DNA from: an uncultured SAR86 cluster bacterium | Lineage (GTDB): Bacteria; Pseudomonadota; Gammaproteobacteria; Magnimaribacterales; AG-339-G14 | Direction: 5' to 3' | NCBI GenBank assembly: GCA_902587545.1 | Contig: CACILL010000001.1 | Span: forward strand, 331,300-395,299 | Length of the DNA stretch: 64,000 nucleotides | In this document: positions 38,702 to 47,300 of the stretch, in pieces | Position numbering within the stretch: position 1 is the first letter of the stretch | Layout of the letters: each line of letters starts with the position of its first letter | Notes under the pieces: model-generated | Seen by the model: the letters and a program-made list of their open reading frames with translations, nothing else | What the model was told of the DNA's origin: nothing | The model's database searches: none | Program-made: the position numbers and the translations under genes

Positions 38702-41443
38702 TTAGAATCTATGAATAACTTCTAATCCAGCTCTAATACCAGGATAGTACTTAACTCTAGCTCCTCCACCTTGACTTTGAGGATAGATTAAAGAGAAAGC
38801 TAAGTCGTCTTTTTCATCAAGACAATTGGTGCAGAAACCTCTAAGAGTGGTTCCATTATTAAATTCAATTGCAGTTGAAAAGTTTAATCTTTCAATCGTA
38901 TCGTTTAAAGTTAATCCTTCAACACGCTCGTCTCCAAGAGCAATATCAGATTTGTAAGAATAACTTGCGCTAATGACAACATCACCTATTCTTGTAGGCT
39001 CTATGTGATCAAAAGAAAAAATCATAGCTTGTTCAGGAGTCCAAGGCATTTTGCCCCCAGCTCTTTGGTATGCTCCCGCAGCAGTGTTACTACAAGAGGT
39101 AAAAGATCCGTGAACTTCTGACCAATCTCTTGAATCATCACAATAATCGTCATATTGAGCATCTATGTAAGCATAATTGAAGTTAAGAGTTGTACCTTGA
39201 GAAACTCTTGCAGTCAGATTAAAGTCTAATCCATTAATAGTAGAGCTTCCTGCATTTTGTTTGATACCTAAAGGTAAACCTTGAACAACCTTCACTTTGA
39301 TTAATTGTTTATCAGTCCAATCATAAGTATAAGCTGCTGCACTTAAACGAAGTGTGTCTTCGAGAAAAGAGCCTTTATAACCAATTTCATACATTTCTAG
39401 TTCTTCAGGATCAAATCCTTGTTCAACCAAATCTCTAAAATAGTTAGCAAATTGCCAGCCACCACCTTTATAGCCAGTTGCTACAGTAAACCAAAGCATG
39501 CTTCTGTCGTCTGGTTTATAGTCGATAGTCATTTTAGGATCTGTTGAAGACCAGCTTGCTTTCTTGTTAACTTCAAAAACATTTGCTGCAGAACCAATTG
39601 GTGCTATTCCTATACCTTGTAACTCAACAACTTTAGCAAAAGCATCGCGATATCGGCTATTTCCTGCTGCAAGGGGATTCGCTTTGTCAGCATCAGTTAT
39701 TGCAGCAAGTTCAGTCACAGCAGCAAGAGCTGCGGCTGGTAAAGCTGCAATAGCGCCGTCAACCACGGCTTTTTGTGCTCCAAAAGTTCTAGCTGTGTAC
39801 CATGTGGTTACATCGTTTTGATCAAAACTAGCGCTATTTGTATTGTCTGGCGCGATAATCTGAGAAGGCACACCTACTGAGTTTGAACCAGTAATATATG
39901 TCATTCCTTTCACATCATAACTATATCTAGCACCTAAAGTAATGTTCCATTGTTCAGCCATAGGTATGGTCACTTGACCGAAGGCAGCAGAAGATTTGTT
40001 ATTGATTCTTAAGTCAAGATCAGCTGTACCCCAATCCTCATAATTCTGTGCAGTCGCGGTAGACCAAGTTTTGTATAACAAGTTTTTTGAAGGACTCGGC
40101 CCAGTGTATGCGCCAGCCTTGAAAAGACCTACATTAGCTAAAGAGCCTGCTTGAAATAATCCGCCATCTGCTACAGCGACAGCGGCGGCGGCACCTTGGT
40201 TGAATAAGCCTTCAGGTCCGGTTTTAAATTGATCGAATCTATCACCATAATCGAGGAAGGAATAAAAACCTGCAACCCATTGTATTTCGTCTTCTGGCTT
40301 GGAATTCCATCTCAACTCTAAACTAGATTGATTTGTTTTTTGAAAAGAAGATTGGGTAAATGATTTAGCTGCAGTAGCATCAAAATCTCTTCGTTCTTCC
40401 CCTTGGTTTTGATTTGTAGCTGCAAGGACGGTTAAGTCATAGTCATCTCTAAAGAGTTTAACTTTTGCCGAAATCAAAGTATCTTCGTTGACTGCAAAAG
40501 TATCCAAGTCGCTTGCAGAAGAATATTTATCTGCTCTAAAAGACGAAATAGCAGCTGCATCACTAGCAAAAGCTTGGGCACCAGCTAAGTTTGTTTGAAA
40601 AATATCTATACCTAAAGCTGCCGCTTGAGGACTTGCTTTTATAAGATTAAATTGTGCTGCATTACAAGAAGTAGAAGCATCCTCACAAATAACCGGTTCT
40701 GCAATAAGCTCGCCTACATCAGACTCTGAATAATCCGCAGTTAAAGACCATTCGTAATCATTGCCTTCGCCAAAGAGGGAAAATCTCATGTTTTCATTTT
40801 TTGGACCATCGTCGTCACCACGCAAAGTCTCTGTATGAGGTCCTTCAACGTCTTGATAACCAAGAATCATTCTTCCATATAGATCACTTCCTAGCTCTCC
40901 TGAAATCATGTAGCTTAAGGATTCATAACCTGAATCTCCTATTCCAGCTTTGAGCTTTTGTTCAAATTCGCTTGTGGGTTTTTTGTAATAAATACTGATA
41001 GCTCCACCTAAGGCATTTCTTCCGTATAGAGTTCCTTGTGGACCTTTTAAGACCTCGACTCTCTCGATATCTACTAAACCTGTCATGACAGATTGGGCTC
41101 TAGACATAAAAATCTCATCTACAAAAAGTGCATTTGAACCTTCAGATCCTACATCAAAAGCAGTCGAACCAATTCCTCTAAGCCAAATGTTAGCTCTTCC
41201 GACATCCTCTCCAGACATCAACATGTCAGGAACAAGACGAGTAAGATCGTTTGTATCTCTTACACCTGCATCTTCAAGCATATCTCCAGAGAAAGCTTGC
41301 AATGCGGAAGGTACGTCTAATAAATTTTGTTCTCTTTTTTGAGAAGTAACTACCATCTCTTCTAAGGCAACTTGAGCTAAAGAAACAGTAGAGGTTAAAA
41401 AAAGCGATATAGCTATCGCATATTTGAAAATGGTTTTAATCAT
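38702..41443 (-). CDS. TonB-dependent outer-membrane receptor (913 aa, no N-terminal signalling extension)
   Basis: Signal peptide ending SLAQ, plug region EEMVVTSQKREQNLLDVPSAL...IERVEVLKGPQGTLYGRNALGGAI, and C-terminal aromatic (…EVIHRF). Confidence 0.93.
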   Translation of the reverse strand: MIKTIFKYAIAISLFLTSTVSLAQVALEEMVVTSQKREQNLLDVPSALQAFSGDMLEDAGVRDTNDLTRLVPDMLMSGEDVGRANIWLRGIGSTAFDVGSEGSNALFVDEIFMSRAQSVMTGLVDIERVEVLKGPQGTLYGRNALGGAISIYYKKPTSEFEQKLKAGIGDSGYESLSYMISGELGSDLYGRMILGYQDVEGPHTETLRGDDDGPKNENMRFSLFGEGNDYEWSLTADYSESDVGELIAEPVICEDASTSCNAAQFNLIKASPQAAALGIDIFQTNLAGAQAFASDAAAISSFRADKYSSASDLDTFAVNEDTLISAKVKLFRDDYDLTVLAATNQNQGEERRDFDATAAKSFTQSSFQKTNQSSLELRWNSKPEDEIQWVAGFYSFLDYGDRFDQFKTGPEGLFNQGAAAAVAVADGGLFQAGSLANVGLFKAGAYTGPSPSKNLLYKTWSTATAQNYEDWGTADLDLRINNKSSAAFGQVTIPMAEQWNITLGARYSYDVKGMTYITGSNSVGVPSQIIAPDNTNSASFDQNDVTTWYTARTFGAQKAVVDGAIAALPAAALAAVTELAAITDADKANPLAAGNSRYRDAFAKVVELQGIGIAPIGSAANVFEVNKKASWSSTDPKMTIDYKPDDRSMLWFTVATGYKGGGWQFANYFRDLVEQGFDPEELEMYEIGYKGSFLEDTLRLSAAAYTYDWTDKQLIKVKVVQGLPLGIKQNAGSSTINGLDFNLTARVSQGTTLNFNYAYIDAQYDDYCDDSRDWSEVHGSFTSCSNTAAGAYQRAGGKMPWTPEQAMIFSFDHIEPTRIGDVVISASYSYKSDIALGDERVEGLTLNDTIERLNFSTAIEFNNGTTLRGFCTNCLDEKDDLAFSLIYPQSQGGGARVKYYPGIRAGLEVIHRF

Positions 41444-41641
41444 TTTTCCCCCGTAGTTAAAAAACTGCGACGTCTTGTCGCTTTTAAAAAAGGGATTCTA
41501 TCAAAAAGAAGGAGGATTTGTGCACAAAAATAGTGCCAGGTAGCATACGATTTATTCTCTGTCAAAATGGTTAAAATATAACAAGTCTTCCCCCAAGAAA
41601 ATAAATATGATTATATTAATTCCCAATTTGGAGAAAGTGTT

Positions 41642-42772
41642 ATGCAACTGAGATATTTTAATCAACCCCATTTCGAAAATGGTTCTTTAAAGCTCATATC
41701 ACAAGTTTTAAAAGAACATGGAATAAAAAATCCATTAATTTGTACTGATCCAGGATTGGTAGCTATTGGGATGACGGATAAAATCAGAAATCTTCTTTCA
41801 AATGAACTTTCTCCAACATTTTATACAGAAACCCCCGCTAATCCTACTGAGCAAGCTGTGAATGACGCTTTGGAACTTTATAAACAAAACAAATGTGATG
41901 GTGTTGTTGGGTTTGGAGGAGGTTCAAGCATGGATCTTGCCAAGACAGTTGCATTGATGGCAAACCATGAGGGTAATGTCGTAGACTATTCGGTAAATGA
42001 AGGTGGCACTGGAAAGATTACAGAAACGGTTCCAACAATTGCGATTCCAACCACTTCAGGAACAGGGAGTGAAGTGTCTCTTGGAGCAGTGATAATTATG
42101 AATGATGGGAGAAAATTAATTTTGGCAAGCGATCATTTGGTACCAAATGCAGCCATTTGTGATCCAGAATTAACTTTGGGTCTTCCTCCTATACTTACAG
42201 CTGGCGCAGGAATGGATGCTTTAACGCATTGTATAGAGGCTGTTTTATCTCCTTTGGATGATCCGCCAGCTGAGGCAATCGGCTTAGATGGAGTAGAAAG
42301 GATTATTAGAAAGGAAAGTCTTGTAAGGGCTTGCGAAGATGGCCAAGACAAAGATGCCAGGTGGAATATGATGATGGCTTCTACCGAAGGAGCAATGGCT
42401 TTTTCAAAAGGCTTAGGAGCTGTGCATTCGATGAGTCATGCGGTTGGAGCGGATCAAGAACTTAGATTGCATCATGGCACATTGAATGGTGTAATTTTGC
42501 CAACGATCTTGAGATTTAATAAAGGTCATGTGGGAGATAAATACGCAAGAATTTCTAGAGCAATGGGCAAAGATGAATCTACTGATCTAGCAGAAGAAAT
42601 AGAAAAATTAAATGAAAAGATTGGTCTTCCTAGTGGATTGGCTGCCATGGGAGTTACAGAGGATATGATTCCTGCTTTAGTAGCACATTCAATGACTGAT
42701 CCTAGTAATATGACAACGCCAAGATTGCCTTCTCAAGATGAATGGGAAAAACTTTTTTTGGAGGCTATGTAA
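41642..42772 (+). CDS. iron-containing (group III) alcohol dehydrogenase
   Basis: GFGGGSSMDLAK NAD motif and metal-binding His regions ALTHCIEAV and HSMSHAVG. Confidence 0.9.
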   Translation: MQLRYFNQPHFENGSLKLISQVLKEHGIKNPLICTDPGLVAIGMTDKIRNLLSNELSPTFYTETPANPTEQAVNDALELYKQNKCDGVVGFGGGSSMDLAKTVALMANHEGNVVDYSVNEGGTGKITETVPTIAIPTTSGTGSEVSLGAVIIMNDGRKLILASDHLVPNAAICDPELTLGLPPILTAGAGMDALTHCIEAVLSPLDDPPAEAIGLDGVERIIRKESLVRACEDGQDKDARWNMMMASTEGAMAFSKGLGAVHSMSHAVGADQELRLHHGTLNGVILPTILRFNKGHVGDKYARISRAMGKDESTDLAEEIEKLNEKIGLPSGLAAMGVTEDMIPALVAHSMTDPSNMTTPRLPSQDEWEKLFLEAM

Positions 42773-42791
42773 TTTAAAAAAGGATTTGAAT

Positions 42792-43550
42792 ATGGAAAAA
42801 GTTTGTTTAGTAATTGGAGCAGGAGCTGGTATTGGCGGAACAGTAGCTAAGAGATTTGCTAAAGAGGGATATCATGCATATTTAGCTCGAAGAACTGATG
42901 AAGAAGGACTTAATAAGTTAATAAATGAAATTTCTGATGCTGGAGGAAAAGCTTCGGGTTCTTTGCTAAATGTGATTGAAGAAAATTCAATTGAAGATCT
43001 TGTAAATAAAATAGAATCAGATATTGGTCCCATCGATACAGTCATTTATAACATCGGAGCTCAAATTGGAGACCGTGCTTTAGCTGAAACTAGTTATAAA
43101 GCTTTTGAGATGGGATGGCGCATGGCTACATTTGGATTATTTAGACTTGCTCAAGTTATCACGCCAAAGATGAAGGAAAGACAAGGAGGAAATATCATTG
43201 TTACTTCGGCAACCTCTGCAGTAAGGGGGAATAAAGGTCAACATTCTCATGCAGCAGCAATGGGAGGCAGAAGAATGTTATGCCAGTCTTTAAATGCTGA
43301 ATTTTCTAAAGATGGAATTCATGTTGCTCATGTCATTATTGACGGCGCAGTAGATGCACCAGATACTCTGGGAAAAATGCTAGGTCCTGATTTGTTTGAA
43401 AAATTTAAAAAACAAAAAGGGGATGACGGTATGATCTTGCCTGAGAATGTTGCTGACACCTACCTCTTTCTAGCTCAACAAACAAAATCAACCTGGACAC
43501 ATGAGATAGACATAAGAGCATTTTCTGACCAAGCTTGGTGGAATCATTAA
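42792..43550 (+). CDS. divergent SDR-family oxidoreductase (catalytic Tyr/Lys not conserved)
   Basis: Rossmann motif VIGAGAGIGG. ATG at 42792 with AGGA upstream. My by-eye alignment puts HAAAM where the YxxxK dyad normally sits. Confidence 0.75.
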   Translation: MEKVCLVIGAGAGIGGTVAKRFAKEGYHAYLARRTDEEGLNKLINEISDAGGKASGSLLNVIEENSIEDLVNKIESDIGPIDTVIYNIGAQIGDRALAETSYKAFEMGWRMATFGLFRLAQVITPKMKERQGGNIIVTSATSAVRGNKGQHSHAAAMGGRRMLCQSLNAEFSKDGIHVAHVIIDGAVDAPDTLGKMLGPDLFEKFKKQKGDDGMILPENVADTYLFLAQQTKSTWTHEIDIRAFSDQAWWNH

Positions 43551-43568
43551 TTTTTATTGGAGAATTTC

Positions 43569-44033
43569 ATGAGATATCTTTCATTACTTTTACTAATTAC
43601 CTCTATGTCTATTTTTGGCATGCATCATGAAAAACTTGATGTCATAGTTTTTGCAATTGATTTGGAAATTATTGACGGGCAAAAAAAGAGCGCTAGGAAC
43701 TTTGTTTCAAGAATCACTGACAACGTAAATAGTAAAGAGCCTCAAACTCTAGTTTATCAATACCACTTTTCAAAAGAAGAAAATAAAGTTTTTCTTTTAG
43801 AAATTTATCCAAATAACGAAGCTGCCCTAATTCATATGAAGAACTTTCTAGGAAGCAAATGGGAAGCAGAGTTTGTTGAGAACTTCTCTATAAGCAATTT
43901 CCAGGTGCTTGGAAATGCAAATTCTAAACTTAAAAAATCTTTAGAGCCATTCACTAAAGATTTCCGAAGTAACCTAATAGGTTTTGATAGAGTTGCAGGA
44001 CAACTTGGTGAGGAAATTTCTAATATTAAATAA
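43569..44033 (+). CDS. ABM-fold (antibiotic-biosynthesis-monooxygenase-like) protein with N-terminal signal peptide
   Basis: MRYLSLLLLITSMSIFG signal-like segment. Core VFAIDLEI...EPQTLVYQYHFSKEENKVFLLEIYPNNEAALIHMKNF follows the ABM ferredoxin-like pattern. GGAGA lies 5 nt before the ATG at 43569. Confidence 0.55.
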   Translation: MRYLSLLLLITSMSIFGMHHEKLDVIVFAIDLEIIDGQKKSARNFVSRITDNVNSKEPQTLVYQYHFSKEENKVFLLEIYPNNEAALIHMKNFLGSKWEAEFVENFSISNFQVLGNANSKLKKSLEPFTKDFRSNLIGFDRVAGQLGEEISNIK

Positions 44034-44039
44034 TTTTTG

Positions 44040-45179
44040 CTAGCTCACAAAGTTATTAAGTCTCTCAAAAGCATTAATAAAATCCTCTTTAAACTCTTGC
44101 ACAACATCACTTGCAGAGATGCTTTGGTTCATCAAGCCAACGCCCTGTCCTACCCAATAAGTTGCAAGATCTTTTGCTCCTTCGTGGCCTCCAGCAGCTA
44201 GTTTATTAACCTTTTGTAAAGCTGGCTCAGCGACCATAGGCTGCAATGGCATCGGCAAAGGTTCTGGAGCACTTTCTGCTTCCCATGCCTGGGTCCATGG
44301 AGTGACTAACTGTCTAGAATGTTTTCCAGTTCTACTTCTTGACCTAACTGTTTGACTAGAATTAGCAGCAACCATTTTTTCTTTTATCACTGGCTCTACT
44401 TCTGACTCAATTGTAGTTAACCAAACTGAGCCACACCAAGCCCCTGAGGCACCCATAGCCATAGCTGCCGCCATTTGCTTACCAGTTACAATTCCTCCCG
44501 CAGCCAAGATAGGAACATCGCCATATGGCTGAATAGCTTGGTGAACCTCTGGAATTAACACCATAGTGGAGACACTTCCACAATGTCCTCCTGCTTCAGT
44601 TCCGGAGACAACTAAAATATCAACTCCGGCCTTAACTTGATTAATTGCATGTTCTGCGGTTCCTAATAATGCAGCAACTTTACAGTCGTTATCTTTACCC
44701 ATTTGAATCATCCAGTCTGGAGGAACGCCAAGTGCATTGGCAATGATTTTAATTGGGTGTTTAAAAGCAACATCTAGAAGAGCCTTTGCTCCATCGGATT
44801 GTGTGTTTTGAGCAAAACTCGAACCGCCGGTGTCTATTTCTCTTAATTCTGGAGCTTCAATACCATGATTTTCTAGAACATCAGTTCTAAAATCTGCATA
44901 TTCTTGGGGAATCATTTTTACTAGTTTATCGGCATCAAATTTTTCATCTTTTCCAACCATTTTGTTTGGAATTAAAACATCTACTCCATATGGTTTTCCA
45001 TCAATGTGGTCATCAATCCATTTCAGCTCTTTTTCCAATTGTTCTGGAGACATACCGACTGCACCTAAAACTCCACAGCCTCCTGCTTTGGAAACTGCTA
45101 CAACAACATCTCTACAGTGTGTAAATGCTACAAGTGGAAACTCTATGTCCAACATTTCACATATTCTTGAATTCATCAT
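44040..45179 (-). CDS. nitronate monooxygenase / NMO-family FMN oxidoreductase
   Basis: TIM-barrel FMN motif VVSGTEAGGHCG and PILAAGGI. 379 aa. Confidence 0.85.
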   Translation of the reverse strand: MMNSRICEMLDIEFPLVAFTHCRDVVVAVSKAGGCGVLGAVGMSPEQLEKELKWIDDHIDGKPYGVDVLIPNKMVGKDEKFDADKLVKMIPQEYADFRTDVLENHGIEAPELREIDTGGSSFAQNTQSDGAKALLDVAFKHPIKIIANALGVPPDWMIQMGKDNDCKVAALLGTAEHAINQVKAGVDILVVSGTEAGGHCGSVSTMVLIPEVHQAIQPYGDVPILAAGGIVTGKQMAAAMAMGASGAWCGSVWLTTIESEVEPVIKEKMVAANSSQTVRSRSRTGKHSRQLVTPWTQAWEAESAPEPLPMPLQPMVAEPALQKVNKLAAGGHEGAKDLATYWVGQGVGLMNQSISASDVVQEFKEDFINAFERLNNFVS

Positions 45180-45257
45180 TTCTATACCTCTTATTTCTAA
45201 TGATTAATATCTTCTAAATTTCAATTCAAATCAAGATTTTTGTATTAAAATTTATTT

Positions 45258-46127
45258 ATGCCAAATAAGACTACCATCCCAGCATCTTTCATTGTCGTAT
45301 TGCTTTCAACACTGATAGCTTTTGCTGCTAATCAAGGAAGTGTTTCTGTATCAAACATCCCACTCTTTGGTTTTGTAGTGTTTCTGATTTTTGTAATTCA
45401 ATGGCTTGTTTTTGTACCCTCTTTTATTAATAGAACAGAACATTTTTTTGACTTAACAGGCTCGCTTACTTTTATGTCGGCTGCTCTTTTTACCCTTATG
45501 GCAATCCCAGAAATTTATTTGAGGGACATCGTGATCACGTTGTTAGTCGTTGTCTGGGCTACCAGACTGGGTTCCTTTTTGTTTTTTCGAGTAAGAAAAG
45601 ATGGAGGTGACGGAAGATTTGACATCATGAAAACAAAATTTTGGTGGTTTTTAATGACTTGGAATATTCAAGGCATGTGGGTATTTTTGTCTTTAGCAGC
45701 AGGACTTGCTGCAATGACCTCGCAAAATAAGATTGAGGCGGATATCTTCTTGGTGTTGGGAACCTTGATTTGGATTTTGGGTTTCTCTCTAGAAGTTATT
45801 GCAGATAATCAAAAATCTAAATTTAGATCCGATCCAGAAAATAAAGACAAATTTATTACAACTGGAATTTGGTCCTGGTCTAGGCATCCGAATTACTTTG
45901 GTGAAATTCTTTTGTGGATTGGAATTACAGTAATCGCTTTACCGGTTCTTCAGGGCTGGCAATTTATAACGCTCATCTCTCCTATCTTTATTATCATCCT
46001 TTTAACTCAAATAAGCGGAGTGAGATTACTGGAGCTTAGAGGAAAGAAAAAATGGGGAGATAATGAAGAATACATAAACTACATTAAAAATACTTCGGTT
46101 TTAATTCCCTTGCCGCCTAAAAAATAA
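45258..46127 (+). CDS. DUF1295 membrane protein (steroid 5-alpha-reductase / ICMT-like fold)
   Basis: Polytopic protein. The C-terminal signature WSWSRHPNYFGEILLWIG is typical of DUF1295 and steroid-reductase-like enzymes. Confidence 0.8.
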   Translation: MPNKTTIPASFIVVLLSTLIAFAANQGSVSVSNIPLFGFVVFLIFVIQWLVFVPSFINRTEHFFDLTGSLTFMSAALFTLMAIPEIYLRDIVITLLVVVWATRLGSFLFFRVRKDGGDGRFDIMKTKFWWFLMTWNIQGMWVFLSLAAGLAAMTSQNKIEADIFLVLGTLIWILGFSLEVIADNQKSKFRSDPENKDKFITTGIWSWSRHPNYFGEILLWIGITVIALPVLQGWQFITLISPIFIIILLTQISGVRLLELRGKKKWGDNEEYINYIKNTSVLIPLPPKK

Positions 46128-46156
46128 TAATAGGAAAACCAATCTTTAGGCATTCA

Positions 46157-46585
46157 TCAAATTTGATAACTCAATCCTGCAGCTTCTACTCCCGCTATTG
46201 CACAAATCTCATCACGATCGGGTAAATCTCCTGAGACGCCAACTGAGCCGATTACATCGTCTCCTTTCTTAATCATTATCCCTCCAGGAGATGGTGCTAT
46301 TTTATTTCCAGATATAGCTCTGGCCGCATTGAAAAAATGAGTTTGTTCAGGTTGAGCGCCGTAAAGATCTCTGATTGCTCTGCTAGAAAAACCAATTCCA
46401 ACACAACCCCAGGCTTTGGCAAATGCTATATCGGGTCTTATGAGAGCTGAATTATCTTCCATTGCTGAACTTACTAATACTCCTCGAGTATCAAGAACTG
46501 CAATCGTTATAGGATTCATATTCTCTTCTCTGGCTTTTTTTAAACAACCTTCAACTATTTTTTGTGCATCTTTAAGGGTAATCAT
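46157..46585 (-). CDS. GlcG/HbpS-like (DUF336) heme- or cofactor-binding protein
   Basis: 142 aa with PGGIMIKKGDDVIGSVGVSG core motif. Confidence 0.8.
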   Translation of the reverse strand: MITLKDAQKIVEGCLKKAREENMNPITIAVLDTRGVLVSSAMEDNSALIRPDIAFAKAWGCVGIGFSSRAIRDLYGAQPEQTHFFNAARAISGNKIAPSPGGIMIKKGDDVIGSVGVSGDLPDRDEICAIAGVEAAGLSYQI

Positions 46586-46612
46586 ATTTATCTCCTAAAT
46601 TAAAAAATTACA

Positions 46613-47230
46613 TTATTTCTCTTCAAACTTATAGGACTTAGATCTTTTAAAAGCCTCTCTTTCAAAAAGCATATCCGTGTATCTTTTAATATTAGGTTTG
46701 AATGCTTGATCTATTCCAAGTGATTCTGCAACAACAAAAGCATAGCTCACACAGATATCTGCAACCGTAAAACGATTTGAACATAAGTATTCTCTGTCAT
46801 TTAAAGTTGTCTCTAATAATTTACATCTTGAAACAAACCATCTGCTGTAACCTTCTACAGCAGCATCAGCAACACCCGGCTCTTGAAGTTTGTATCTAAG
46901 AACAACTGTCTGAGGGAAGGTTAAAGTTGCATCAGAGTGGAACAGCCAATTTAAATAAGCTGGATAGTCAGGCTCATCAGGCATAACTCTCAAATCGGTC
47001 GGTCCATATTTCTCAACTAAATATTGAGACATTGCAACAGATTCGGTCATTTTCACATCACCGTCTATCAAATAAGGAATTGTTCCTAACATGTTGATGT
47101 CCAAATACTCTTTCATGAACATCCTCGGCGGAAAAGGCATCATTTCGAGCTCGTAATCTATGCCCATTTCCTCTGCGGTCCAAATTGGTCTCATTGCTCT
47201 TGAAGCTTCGGTTCCCCAAATCTTAATCAT
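46613..47230 (-). CDS. glutathione S-transferase
   Basis: Thioredoxin-like N-domain (IKIWGTEASRAMRPIWTAEEMGIDYEL, GTIPYLIDGD) plus helical C-domain. ATG at 47230 preceded by GGGAGA. Confidence 0.85.
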   Translation of the reverse strand: MIKIWGTEASRAMRPIWTAEEMGIDYELEMMPFPPRMFMKEYLDINMLGTIPYLIDGDVKMTESVAMSQYLVEKYGPTDLRVMPDEPDYPAYLNWLFHSDATLTFPQTVVLRYKLQEPGVADAAVEGYSRWFVSRCKLLETTLNDREYLCSNRFTVADICVSYAFVVAESLGIDQAFKPNIKRYTDMLFEREAFKRSKSYKFEEK

Positions 47231-47300
47231 TTTCTTTTCTCCCAATATGATTTAGCCTTATACACTAAACTTTTAAATAATATTTATTATAGGAGAAATC

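Noticed and set aside
41467-41481. Small hairpin GCGAC-GTCTT-GTCGC flanked by A- and T-runs in the TBDR leader
   Set aside because: A 5-bp stem is too weak to call a terminator or attenuator on its own. I mention it only as a possible analogue of the TonB2-leader hairpin.
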